A stretch of 64,000 bases of DNA, from contig NC_068993.1 in NCBI RefSeq assembly GCF_001194135.2, positions 5,105,271 to 5,169,270 on the forward strand, written 5' to 3'. Position numbers and translations under genes: made by a program. Positions 13,880 through 27,068 of this stretch are shown here, one piece after another. The stretch is from Octopus bimaculoides (Eukaryota). The first letter of the stretch is position 1. The number at the start of each line of letters is the position of its first letter. The notes beneath the pieces are model-generated. The model ran no database searches and was not told where the DNA came from. It saw only the letters and a program-made list of their open reading frames with translations.

Positions 13880-14030
13880 ATGTGGTAACTTATTCAGTGA
13901 AAAAAGAGATTGATAGAGTAAGTACCAGGCTAAAGAATATGTACAGTGGTTGATTTGATCAACTATAAACTTTCCAAGGCAGTGCTCCAGCACGGCCATT
14001 GTACAATTACTGAAAAAAGTAAAAGAGGAT
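13880..14030 (+). mobile_element. SINE family A, 3' fragment
   Basis: AAAAGAGATTGATAGAGTAAGTACCAGG...GTGCTCCAGCACGGCC. Confidence 0.55.
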
Positions 14031-15829
14031 AAGAACGATCCTCTATCTCCTGTTTCAATTCTGGCATACAGCTATTTTAATTCACTTTGCTATGTTGTTA
14101 ATCATCTTGAAAAATGCATGAACGTCCCATAATCTCGTCGTATCTCCTATTTTGCAAATCTGAGGCTTTACGTGCTCAGTGACCATCAATCTTCTCGTTT
14201 CTATTATTTATATGGTGTTTATTTATTCAATCAATTTAAACGTCCTTGTAAAGCAGGTAAGCTGTGACTGGCTGAGGGAGGTCAATAATGCCACTTATAT
14301 AGAAGAAGAAGAAGAAGAAGAAGAAGAAAAACTAGAAAGAAGGAAAAGAGGAGATGGAGAAGTAGAGATAGAAAACAATTGAATGTGTTCTATTATTAAA
14401 TCTACTTTCATAGCTCCCATGAAAAAAAACATTCAGTGGCAGCAAGTTGGCGGAACCAGTAGAGTGTTGGAACAGTTACTGTGCAGTGTTTTGTTACTTT
14501 TTTTTTTTTTTTTCAATCTGAGTTCAAATCCTGGTGAAGTAGACCATGTTTTACTTTATTGTCAGGTTAAATAAAAATAGAAATTTTCTAGTAGTGGGTG
14601 GGGCAGGTGATGGAATTGACTAAGCCTTGCCTCTAAAACTTGCTAGCTTTGTTCCTAAATCAGAAGTCATTTACGGTTAGTGCATCCTTGAAAAAAAATT
14701 GCTTCTCTAATCTGAGGTCGATTTTGACTTTCATCCTTTCAAAGTCTATAAAATATATACTAAACTATCGCTGGAATCAATGTAAGCAACTTTCTTCCAT
14801 CCCCAAAATTGCTGGTCTTGTGCCAACATTTTGAACCATTATTCCAAGAAGACGTGTGCTGGATGTCAACACCATAAGGAATTCACTACCACTACCACCA
14901 CTGCTACTAACGTTACTACAGCTACTATTAATACTACTACTACTACAGCCACTACTGCTGCCAGTAGTATCCAACTAGAAGTTTTTTTAATTATTTAGAA
15001 TTATTGCTATTAATACCACTACTACAAATATTTATATTAGCTTTGATATATGCATCCTAGTTTTGATATGAATCTGTCCTGTAACAATGTAGATGTTACA
15101 ATATCCATCCACCCATCCACACCAGTTTATGTATCCTTCTTCTTCTAATATATTTAACTCATTGTCAGTCGCATATGAAACAATTCTAGATTTGTCTACG
15201 ATTTGATTTGTAGTATCATAGTCACAACATTATCACTGGCAAGACAATGGCTACTTCAAAATGACTTAATCTTCAGCTTCCTTATAATACTTCATATCTA
15301 CTTAACACGTAACTACATGCATACTCACACCATTTACTGATAAGAATGGTCAATCATCAACAACACATCCATCATCATCATCACCAGCAACACGGCCATC
15401 GTCATCATCATCATCATCAGCAGCAGCATCATTATCAATAACAAACGTGAAGAGTTCGACTGGTCTGTCTAATAGCTTAATCTCGTTTCTGTAGCCTACA
15501 TGTCTGGGTTTCCATTATTTCATTTTGTGCCAAATCTTCTCCAGCTTATTTTTCCGCCGATGTACCACTCCTTGAGAATCACACCCCAGTGAAAATAAAT
15601 TCCCTTTATAGAGAAAACAAATAGATGTTTGACTTCGTTAAAACATTGTTTGCTTAAAGATGAGAAATATAGACACAGCAGTGTGTGTGTGTGTTGATTG
15701 TATGTAAGAGTGTACGTGTGTACAGTGTGTGTTCATTTTCACTTTTATAGAAGAAAAATATAAGAATGAGTGTTCATGGCATCATTTAATTCTCACCGTT
15801 CACCATACACATGATGGTCTGTTATTAGT

Positions 15830-16064
15830 TGGCAGCTATTAGCATACATTGACAAATAATTCCTTTGCTGAGTCCTATAAACAAGGGCCAGAAACCAGAA
15901 ACTCTTGTTAGATTCATTAGTCCCAGATAGCTATGACTGAGGAGGCATTCAAGAATGTCGAAACATTGGTATCCCAAAGTTCCTTTATTCCAATGAATTG
16001 AGTGTGGCATGAACCCACATTCATCTGGAAGGAGATGTTCTCCATTGATGAAATACAATGGCAA
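15830..16064 (-). mobile_element. Possible highly decayed RTE-like LINE RT fragment
   Basis: EHLLPDECGFMPHS resembles LPESQCGFRP; RNFGIP in another frame resembles KFGIP. Weak similarity. Confidence 0.35.
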
Positions 16065-16220
16065 TTAGCATATTAGTAGCAGCAATTAACATATTAATTA
16101 TTATCTATTTCGGTTGATCCCCCACAGCCACTTGATGTTTTTAATTAAGTTCTATAGATAATTCTTCCAAAATTTTTATTTTGTTTTTCTCACATTAACT
16201 TGTAATGTTTGAACTTTGTA

Positions 16221-16439
16221 TAATCTTTTCTACTCAAGGCACACAGCCTGAAAGTTTGGGGGGGGGGAGCCAGTCGATTAGATTGACCCCAGTATGCAAC
16301 TGGTACTTAATTTATTGACTCCAAAAGGATGAAAGGCAAAGTTGACCTCAGCGGGATTTGAACTCAGAACATAAAGATTAACAAAATACTGCTAAGCATT
16401 TCACCCGGCTTGCTAACGTTTCTGCCAGCTCGCTGCCTT
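16221..16439 (-). mobile_element. SINE family B (GGCGGCGAGCTGGCAG head), full length
   Basis: About 215 bp; contains GTTCTGAGTTCAAAT (B-box-like) and GTTGACTTTGCCTTTCATCC-type motifs shared by many copies. Confidence 0.85.
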
Positions 16440-16510
16440 TGAATTATGTATAAGACTAGAGAAAGAAACCTAGAAGTTTCTTGCAATAAACATATCTGAA
16501 GCAGAATGTG

Positions 16511-17046
16511 TTCTTGGACTCCTGGACATTTGAGGTTGGCTGCAGGGGTTTCCAAGCAGCTTCTCTCAGAGGGTTTCTGGAGGTGGCTGGTGTATGTGCT
16601 GCGAGGAGGATCATCAAGGAAGGTGGGGAGAATGCAGTTGAGGGTAGTGCTTGGATTACCAGGAGGTTTGTGAAAGCGTATAAGACCACAGAACTGGCAC
16701 GAGTCTGGTTGCAACGCAATACGTCCAGCTGTTAAGGGCCCACCTTATGGTGAGATACTGAGCATAATGGGCCGAAATTTCTGCAAAACACAGCACTCAG
16801 TTGATGCTTGCAGCCAGACTTGGTGACTTTCGTCTACTGTGAGTCTCAAGTTTGCTCTTTTGGTTGCATGGAACCCCAAAAATTCTTCTATGTGTCCCTA
16901 GGCATCATACAAACCACAGCAGAGAACCACTGATATCATCCATTAAACTCCCTTGCTCAGAAGTCCTGGCCTTATGCCAAAATTAAAAACCATATCACAT
17001 CAACCGAATCTTAGTAGACCGTTTTAGAAAAACTACCGAAAACTTG
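16511..17046 (+). mobile_element. 5'-truncated RLE-clade non-LTR retrotransposon (HERO-like) with 18-bp target-site duplication
   Basis: Translates as FLDSWTFEVGCRGFQAASLRGFLEVAGVCAARRIIKEGGENAVEGSAWITRR, resembling the HERO C-terminus (VEVGCRGF...RWLWLKR). TATCTGAAGCAGAATGTG occurs exactly at 16493-16510 and 17047-17064. Confidence 0.8.
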
Positions 17047-17970
17047 TATCTGAAGCAGAATGTGGCTTTGTCTTTTGTTCTTGTAGCAGACATTTAATAC
17101 CATTCTAATTCCTATCTTCTGCTTAACTATTCAGTTGCGGATAACACAACATGTTTATGTGCGATACTCCATACAAAACAAGACTCTTGCATAAAATTAA
17201 CGAGCATCAATGTCTGGGTCAAAGAATAATATGACAGGTGATTGGGTTACATTATTAAATTAGTGAAATACAGGAACTTAACTGAAGCTCTTCTCCTGGT
17301 TATATGTCAACAGAAAACGTTCGCATCTATATATGTGCCGACACAACCAAAAACAAAAGTGGATGGGAGGAACTAACTAACATTTATTTAAAGGATTCCT
17401 ATGCAATTTTCTCTTGTTCTTTTTCTTTTCTTTTCTTCTTCTTCTTCTTCTTCTTCTTTCTCATACACTTTATCACGTCCAATGCCATCTTCCACATCAC
17501 TGAAATACTTCAAGCAATAAATATTTTTTTATTTTATTTTGTTCATATATTCATGTTGTTTTTTTTTTGTCTCTCATTCTTCAATGATACCAATTTATAC
17601 TTTTACTGCTACTTATATCCTACCTACTCTATCTTTCTCTTTTACTCCTCTCTCTTTATCTCTCTCTCACATTCTTTCACTCTCTTACTTCTACTCCTCC
17701 CTCTCTTTCTTTTCTTTCTTCATTATCTTTTTCTTTATGTCTTCGATTTCCAAATGAAACCCAGTTTGGCCAATGCTTTATGAGACATCATCTGGATATC
17801 TGTTTTATAGCAATATTCCACAACTATATTCTTAGTGAGGAATTAGAATAAATAAATAAACTATAGCAAGAAATAAAATAACACAAAACTCTATATTAAA
17901 CATGGCAAAAGATATTTCCAGCCTTTATATAATTGTCTCCACATATCATACATCTACATCTATCTATCTA

Positions 17971-18013
<43 letters not shown>

Positions 18014-18057
18014 TTATAAATATTATAAAAATATCCATGATACTACAGTTTGCTTAC

Positions 18058-18212
18058 CACTGTATGAATCAGTGATATAGTATGGTTTTATACAAACATC
18101 TCTGTGTACAACATTCATGAGAAATGAAATGAAAAGAGGAGAATGGAGAAGGTCTGTGATGGAGTCTGCATCGGAGTAATTGTCTCTTGGTAATTCTTCT
18201 GCCAATGCTGAA
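18058..18212 (-). CDS. Candidate internal coding exon, unknown product
   Basis: Acceptor ttctctgttctataag, donor GTG/gtaagc. One frame is open end to end: SALAEELPRDNYSDADSITDLLHSPLFISFLMNVVHRDVCIKPYYITDSYS. No homology recognised. Confidence 0.25.
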
Positions 18213-18815
18213 CTTATAGAACAGAGAATACAAGAGAGTAAACAAAGGAAAATATAACAGCTCAGATTGATGGAAATAAGAATCAAAACTCCTTATTGAT
18301 GGGTGGTCATACTAATGATAGAACCAGGTAATTATAGTTAAGAGGGCTACAGGATAGCGAAATAGCTACAGGCAAGATAACAACAACAACGGACGGTGAT
18401 TGAATGAAACTATTTAACTGATTGATGACGATGCTGGTGATATGGAAAACTGGACAGCTGATGGTGAATACACGGGATGAGAGCAGTGACGATGGCGACG
18501 ATAACGATGATGATGATGATGATGATGACTGTGATGTGGGACGATAATGATGCTGACGTCAGCTATGACCGATATGCTGACGACAATATGAATGATGACA
18601 ATGATGCTGATTGCATAGTAATCTATGCAGTATATTCGAAGAACACATAGGTTTGCTAAGTCAATTCCATGATGGTTATGTAGCCAATATATGCACATAC
18701 ATGCGTGTATGTGCATGTGAGTGAGTCTTTGTCGGTGTGGGTGTGGGTTTGCATGTGAGCGTGGGTGTGTATAGATAGCTAGCTGTTTGTATGTATGTCT
18801 ATATATGTCCATATA

Positions 18816-18861
<46 letters not shown>

Positions 18862-18951
18862 CTCACACACACACACAAACACATACATATATAGGTACTC
18901 TATGTATGTTCACATGCCTGTGTCTGTGTACTATGAAATATGTGTAGGTGG

Positions 18952-19039
<88 letters not shown>

Positions 19040-19867
19040 CATACATATGCATCTGCTGTGTGATGTGTGTATGTGTGTGTGTTTATAATGTGTGTATACA
19101 TGTGCTCATGTGTTCTATGTTGTGTGTGTGTGTGTGTCCACGTTTCTTCAATTTGCAAAGCTACTCATTTAGCTATGTTGCCTTTATTACCAATAAGAAC
19201 ACATAATACTTTGTTATTCCACTACAATAACAAACAATGTTTGTTCCTATTTCCTGATAAACATTTATTTACCCCAACAATTGTACACACAATAATGGCT
19301 AATTTGTAAATTTGGCAATTTATATAATACCATATAAATGACTTGTTTTCCTCTGTAATGTATAAAATGAGATCTGTGCCACAAACTTCAATCAGCGTCA
19401 ATGTATATGGCTTGATTTTTTTCCCCCCTAAATTGCTGGACTTACTAAATGATATAATTCAATACTTATTTCTCTATCATAGCTTTCCTATTATTCTTCA
19501 AGTAATGTAACTAATTCCTCCACATATCAGAGTTCTATATAGCATTCTGTATGTCTTACTTAACATGGATATGCTATGGAAGGCCAGAAAGCTTTAGTAT
19601 TTGTCTCAAGAAAATATTTTGTATCGATATTATGGCACTGAAAAGCACAGCAGTATATTGGTAGCAGATAAAACCCATCCAACAGCAGTGGAATTGTTAA
19701 ATGTAGATTTTTAGTTCTTTGAGTATCATCAGTTGCTAGGGTCTGTAGAAACGGCATGCTTAAATGGGATAAATACCACAGTTTTCTATCTTTCTACTGT
19801 ATATCCACACCTAGATATGCAGAATACTAATTTGAAATAATTCTGTTTCTATTGCTAATAACAAAAA

Positions 19868-19932
19868 GTGCTTAGCTTAATGGTATTCAGCTGGTATGTG
19901 AGAGGTATGGGGTTCGATTCTCTGTAGCTGCC
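19868..19932 (+). pseudogene. Degenerate tRNA(Ala)-like sequence or SINE head
   Basis: TAGCTTAATGGTA (A-box-like) and GTATGTGAGAGGTATGGGGTTCGATTCTC resemble the 3' half of invertebrate tRNA-Ala. The cloverleaf is not intact. Confidence 0.35.
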
Positions 19933-20374
19933 TACTAGCAACTTTTTTTCATCTTCTAAGGATAAATGCACAATCTTACTTGGCAGTCTTCACTACTATA
20001 CACACATATATATGTGTGGAGGGGGCATGCATGCCTGGCTCTTGACATCATGTGATACGCATGAATTAGTATTGCTGCCATACAAACAGTGTCATTCATT
20101 TCCAGTCTTCCATGGAAATATGACAAGTTTTGCAGAAATAATACCTTACTTGGAAATAAGTGAGAATTGGTGGTAGGAAGAGTGTTTGGCGATGGGAAAA
20201 CTGCTTCAATAAGTGCTGTCGGACTCATGCAAGCATAGAAAATGTGGGAGTTAAAATTAAAAAGATAACGAGGAAACAACAAAGACTAATATATATTCAT
20301 GTATATANNNNNNNNNNNNNNNNNNNNNNNNNNNNNNNNNNNNNNNNNNNNNNNNNNNNNNNNNNNNNNNNNNN

Positions 20375-20417
<43 letters not shown>

Positions 20418-20459
20418 GTATATGTATGTATGTATGAATGTATGTATGTATATATGTAT

Positions 20460-20822
20460 GTATCGTGGCACTTCATCGGTTACAACGATAAGGGTTCCAG
20501 TTTGTCCGATCAACAGAACAGCCTGCTCAAAAAATTAATATGCAACTGGCTGAGCACTCCACAGACATGTGAAGCCTTAACATAGTTCTCGGGTGTGACA
20601 GGGCTAGCCTTTAGAAATACAGGTACAACAGAAACAGGAAGAAAGATTGAGTGAAAGTTGTGGTGAAAGAGTAAAGCAGGGTTCGCCACCATCCCCTGCC
20701 GGAGCCTTGTGGAACTTTTGGTGTTTCACTCAATAAACACTCACAATGACCAGTCTGGGAATTTAAACTGTGATACTACAGCCACGAGTCCATTGCCCTA
20801 ACCAGTGGGCCATTGCATCTCC
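20460..20822 (-). mobile_element. tRNA-headed SINE-like repeat, separate family
   Basis: Minus strand starts GGAGATGCAATGGCCCACTGGTTAGGG with A/B-box-like layout. GC-richer block flanked by microsatellites. I recall it as an interspersed repeat. Confidence 0.55.
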
Positions 20823-23226
20823 ACACACACACACACATATATACATATACACACATATATATATATTCATTACTAATTATTGTTATCTTCTATTATATGA
20901 GGTGGCAGACTCATTAGAACCAATTACCTTGTAGTATTTTCCAACTCTTTCTGTTTCTCTTTTACAATTCTCTTCTACAATTCTTCTGAAGATGTTAAAG
21001 CAAAAATTAAAGTACCAGTCATATAATGGGTAAGGTTGGCAATTGTAATCAACTAACTCCCTCTCATCAAATTTCTGTCCTTATACTTATGTTAGAAACA
21101 ATTTTTCTACCTTTCTGTTGGTTAGCAAGGAAATACAACGGAGTGTATGCATGTGTGTGCGTGTGTGTTCATTCTTATAATGGAAATATCATATCCTGAA
21201 ACTTGCATGTTCACACACACACACACACACACACGCACGTACGCACACACTCATGTTATTGTTTTCATGTTTCTGGATTTTGACTCCAAAAATAAGAAAG
21301 AATCTTCACTTCAATCAATAGAGACATACCTGCAAGATGGAAAATTTAATTTTCATAAAGTTATCTCACCTAACAAAGAACTCTTTCACTGTTTTCGCAT
21401 TTATCTTAAAAACCAACATTTTACATTTATTTATTTTTTTTTCACTTTCTATGTTTTTGAAATTTCTTTTATAGATAGTAGCAACCCTTAGTTCAAGAAA
21501 TATTTTTCTTCTATACATATATTTTTTATTCTTTTGCTTCAAAGAAATTTCTGAGAAAAATTGCTTAATTTAGCACATTATAAATACATTCCAAAATCTT
21601 CATTCTTTTTTTTTTTTTTAATATTTTGTACGCTATGGAATCATTAAATTTTCAAAAATGCCTTTTGAAAACCTTTGAGAATATAACGGAAGCACCAGTT
21701 TTGGTGTGTATTATTGAGGCTTCAAGGTTAAAATAATACGCACACAAACAAATAAATAAATAAATGTGCTTAGAAAAACAAAATTTAATAAGAAATTAAG
21801 TAAATTACAATTTTAACTTCATTTTTCAACACATTTTATTACACCTGCTTGTAAGATGAAGAAGCAAATTCTAAATTTTCAAAATAGCCATTTTCATTTT
21901 TTATATTTCAGTTATCTTTATCTTCATTCTGAAAATAGTATCAATATTTTTTTCTCTTTTTTTTTCAGTTATTTATTGTGATAGGTTATAATAACTAATT
22001 TCCAAACAATAGTATATTTTTTTTTTACTATTTATTCTTTAATTTTTTTTCCTCCCATGCAGAGAGCAAACACCTGTTGTTTCAAAATAGAACCACTGGA
22101 AATCTAATTCTTCTTATGTATTAAAAGTGCTTATTGAATGTTATAAGGAAGTTAATAATTCTGTATTCTTTTCATTCTAAGCTGTTTATCTCTCACTGTA
22201 TTGAATTATAAAGAAACCTTGAAGCATTTCAAGATTATAAAAATGAAAGTTACAGTTTAAGGAGCTCAGCATTTATTGCTTAAATACTCGAAATGGTATT
22301 ATAATTCCAGAATACCATAAAAGTTTTAGTGAAGAGTGAGACATAGCAGCACTTTGACATGTCTATTGTCTGTCGTAATACAACTGTGTTGCATTCGAAA
22401 AACTGCCAGCTGTTTGGTCATTTGACAATTATTGATCTGCTACTGTTAACATTTTCTATCACTGAGCATTTATAAATCTATTGATATTAAATGTTTCTTA
22501 GAGATATAAAATAGAAGTTTTAATGCTGATCCCATTCTTTAAGCATCATGTCTTAAAGAAAAAATATCTTAATCTTGTGAAACAACATCATAGACATATT
22601 AAATTAATATATTGTCTCACATGTTTTATTTTCAATTTTTCTGTCGCCTTGGAGTTTTTTGTTGTCTTTTTTTATTTCTCTATAGTAGAACAATTTAAAG
22701 TATATTCACGTGCTGAAGAAGCTGGGATTTTACAAATACCAATTTTCTCAAGTTTGGTCATGAAAAATATTAAGGAGAGTAGATTTAATGACTTCTTCTG
22801 ACCTCCTGACCTTTAAGCAATGAATTCAGCATTTAATTATCACTTATCATTTATAGCAACTGAAAATATCAGCAACGAAAATTAAAAGATTTCTTTCAGA
22901 AGTTCCTTGTTATATTTTTAAAATAATTTCTACTCAGAGATATGCAGTAAGATGTCGACACTCAAAGGGAACACAAGTCCACATCTCAGTTGCACTAGCA
23001 ACATTCAGTTGATAATTTCTTTGGGAAAAGAATGAATGTCTTTATATCCTATTTGATAATTTTCAGTTTTCATTTAAATAGAAATATAATTCCAAAAGTT
23101 TTATAAAAGCATGGTTGGCCCTTAGAAATTGGTTTTGTAGCAGTAGCTGGAGGCCAGGGAACCGTGGAGAAGACTGGTCAATGGGATCCAAATATGCTAA
23201 ATGTGCCAGACACACATAGATACATA

Positions 23227-23444
23227 TTAGGGGATGCTGAAAATCCCCAGGTTTTTAGGTAAAAGAAAATATAGAGGATCGGTTAATTGCGATTTTATTC
23301 AACATATTTCCCTCTCAGATTCACACACTTATTGCAGCAGTCCTTCAGTTTTTCTAATCCCTATAAAAGAACTCGCAAAGGTTGGGTCTCCAACTAGGCC
23401 TTTTGTGACACCTTTAAAGCCAGAAACTTTACAGCATCCCTTTG
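23227..23444 (-). mobile_element. Mariner-derived MITE, copy 2 (same family, opposite orientation)
   Basis: TA flanks, 218 bp. It is homologous to 54092-54308: the ORF track gives CDFIQHISLSDSHTYCSSPS here and YDFIQHISLSDSQTYCSSPS there. Confidence 0.75.
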
Positions 23445-24597
23445 TATATGCATAAGTATTATAACATTAGGCCACTAGTTTAATGGACAACCCTTGGCGA
23501 CTTCCTTGAGAAATACAAGGCACTTGTCCCAGAATTTTTTGGTAGAAGAATACAAAGATGGTTACATCCTTTAATTTAAGAAAATTGGCTGCAACTACGT
23601 ATATACATACATTTATATATAATGAGGGGACATATTTTATTAGTAATTTAGAAGATTGTGTGTACCTACCCCTCTTTAAATATACTGTATTTCAAATTTG
23701 TCCCATAACTACGAAACATCCTGCATATACATACATATATAAACAGATACGTGCATGCACATGTATACATGCATACACTCATGTACACATACACGTGTGT
23801 GTGTTGTCAGCCTAGTTATAATTAAGACAGTTGAGATAATTAAAAGATAATAGTTTGGACATTGATATCACTAAAGCTAAGCAATGCTTCTACTGTCAGC
23901 AACAACCATGACAATTTAATACTGATTATATAAGAACGATGACAATAATAAAGCAATAACAACATTTACGACCATAATACTGACACTAAGTATATTATTT
24001 ACTCTAAGCCTGTATTAACGTTTCGGTCATCCTTTAATTGATCTCGTTTGATGTTCATCTTCGGTTTTGATAGCATTAAGTACTTGACAGGAGGACTGTG
24101 AATCGGCAGAAGTGTGGGAATACTGGCTAAAATACCTTGTTGTATATGTTACTGTTCTTTGCGTTCTGAGTTCAAATCCTGCTGGGGCCAGTTGTGCTTT
24201 TTATTGTTTCATGTTAGGCTAGAGATTATTTGACAGTTGGCAGTATAAAAGTAGCTGCGAGTATGAAAAATCTTCCCGTATATTTAAGTTGGGTTTGCCC
24301 CGGTCCATAATGAGAGTTAACTACAAGTATTGTGTAATGAAGTGCCTTGCTCAAGACACAAATGCACCACATGGTCTGAGAATCAAAACACCTGGTCTAA
24401 CAATTAAGAGCTAATCACCTGCACCATTACATCATATGCATTCAAATGATGATGATGATGACATTGACAAGGATGATGATGATGATAATGATGATGGCAG
24501 TGGTAGTGGTGGGAGTGGTGGTGGTGACGATGATGATGAAGATGATGATGATGTTGGCATGCATAACAGATGTAAGCTTTATAAATTTTGGTAACAA

Positions 24598-24812
24598 AAG
24601 CGGCGAGCTGCCAGAGTCGTTAGCACACCGGGTGAAATGTTTAGTGGTATTTCGTCTGCTGCTATGTTCTGAGTTCAAATTCTTCCAAGGTCGACTTTGC
24701 CTCTCATCCTTTCGGGCGTCGATGAATTAAGTACCAGTTGAGTACTTGGGTTGATGTAATCGTCTGGCCCCCTACCCACAAAATTTCAGGCTTTGTGCCT
24801 ATTTTAGAAAGG
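24598..24812 (+). mobile_element. SINE family B, full length
   Basis: GCGGCGAGCTGCCAG...GTTCTGAGTTCAAATT...GTCGACTTTGCC. Confidence 0.85.
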
Positions 24813-25835
24813 AGTTCATAAATTTTGGTAACAGCTTCCAGTGTTTAATTCCAAGTCACAACCCTCCCCACCCCCATTATTAATACCCTTAGACCTCATC
24901 ATCATCATCTGCAGAGGGTATCAAGTAACCAGTGTTGGGTACTTTGCTTCAAAGTTTTCTACGATATCCTCGTATTTTACATATGAAACCAATGAAACCT
25001 GGTATTTGGATCAAAAGATCAAAACAAATATCACCTTCTGCGGAATCATTTATATCTAATATAATGTTTGGCCTGATCAATAATAGCAGAAAGAATGGTA
25101 AACACGTGTCATAACCTGTACAACAAAACAGAATTGTCTATTTACTCCAGACATGTACGAAAGAGCTTAAAAATCTTGCATTTCGAATTGAAATTTTTTA
25201 AAAAGAAAGAAATATAAGAAACTTACTGAGGTATGCTTTCTTTTTCTTTTCTTTTTTCTTTCTTTTTGTGTTTGGCATTAAAAAGTAAAACATAAAAAAA
25301 AGCTGTTGTTCTTGCAATGAAATCTGTTCAAGACAAAGAGTGGAATAAAAAGAATCAGCAAAAATCTTCCAGATATATATATATATATATAGTTTTTATT
25401 TATTCTTCACAACTTTTCTAACACCCCCACACACACACACACTTGCCCACATACATGTATGTTTATAAAGAAAGACATATATATGTATATATAATATTAT
25501 ATATGCATGCATGTATAAGTATATATAGATTTATACAGATACACATATGCACAGAATCACTCACACACAAATATATGTATATATATATAGAGAGAGAGAG
25601 AGATAGATATATATATATATAAAATGCATATATGCACGTGCATATAAGGACATATACATATATACAGGCTTATACATGCACACAGACTCACTCAGAAACA
25701 CACATGCATACACACATACACACACATATATGCACTTATATACACACACATATATGTATACATATACATTCATACATACATACATATATATATACATATA
25801 TAAATATACATACACATATATGCACACACATTCAC

Positions 25836-25876
<41 letters not shown>

Positions 25877-26422
25877 TATGTGTCTACATGTGCATGTATA
25901 CATGTGTGTGTGTATTGCATGTAGATTTCCTACATACAAGAAGAAAAATATTCCAATCAATCAGCATTGATTAGTTAGACTTGCGCACACATATCTATAT
26001 CTTATTTTCGTTTTTATTGTTCCAGTGTAAAACAGACTTGTGTGAACTCAATGTTTGTTTATAGAACAGCACGTTACACACTTTATCATTGCTGTTGTCA
26101 TTGTTGTTGTGGTGGTGGTTATTTTAATGTAGTGAAGGTAGCTTGGAGCAACAGTCATAGTGGTTTGTTTCTATTTATTTTTCAATAAATAAACTGGGCA
26201 TTTGCCATTAACAACTTCCCACAGCATGTGGTAGGAGTGAGCGGGGGTTACAAAAGACAAAAAAAGAAAGACATAAAGAAACAGAAATCTTTATCTCAAA
26301 TAAAACAATCTTATACTGTAACAGCAAAAACATATATACATATAGATATAGATATATATATACACACATATATATATATGCATATACACACCTCCGTACA
26401 TATATACATACATATATAAATA

Positions 26423-26454
<32 letters not shown>

Positions 26455-26492
26455 NNNNNNNNNNNNNNNNNNNNNNNNNNNNNNNNNNNNNN

Positions 26493-26523
<31 letters not shown>

Positions 26524-26822
26524 TATATACATACATACACACACACGCATGCATATATATGTACGTATGCTTATATGTACATATATTTGCATGCATACAT
26601 ACACATACGAGTGTGCACACAAAGATATACTACATCAGATATGTTAACTGAAGTATGGAAGCACAAATGTGTAACATTCAAATAACATAAAATACATGTT
26701 TGCAAAGAAATACAAAGCTTAACAGCATAATGCCAAATCAAACTATGGTAGCATATACAGTTGTAATCAAACATAAGAAAAAATAAACAAAATAAGCAGT
26801 AAATGTTGATGTTTGATGACTA

Positions 26823-26854
<32 letters not shown>

Positions 26855-26856
<2 letters not shown>

Positions 26857-27068
26857 GGTGGTGACCTGGCAGAATTGTTAGCATGCCAGGCAAAATGCTT
26901 AGCGGCATTACCCAACTCTTTACATCCTGAGTTCAAATTCCACTAAGGTCAACTTTGCCTTTCATCTTTTTGGGGGTCGATGAAGTACCAGTTATGCACT
27001 GGGGACAATGAAATTGACTAATCTCATTCCCCCAAAGTTTCAGGCCTTGTGCCTATAGTAGAAAGGAT
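26855..27068 (+). mobile_element. SINE family B, full length
   Basis: Collinear with the other family B copies. Confidence 0.85.
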
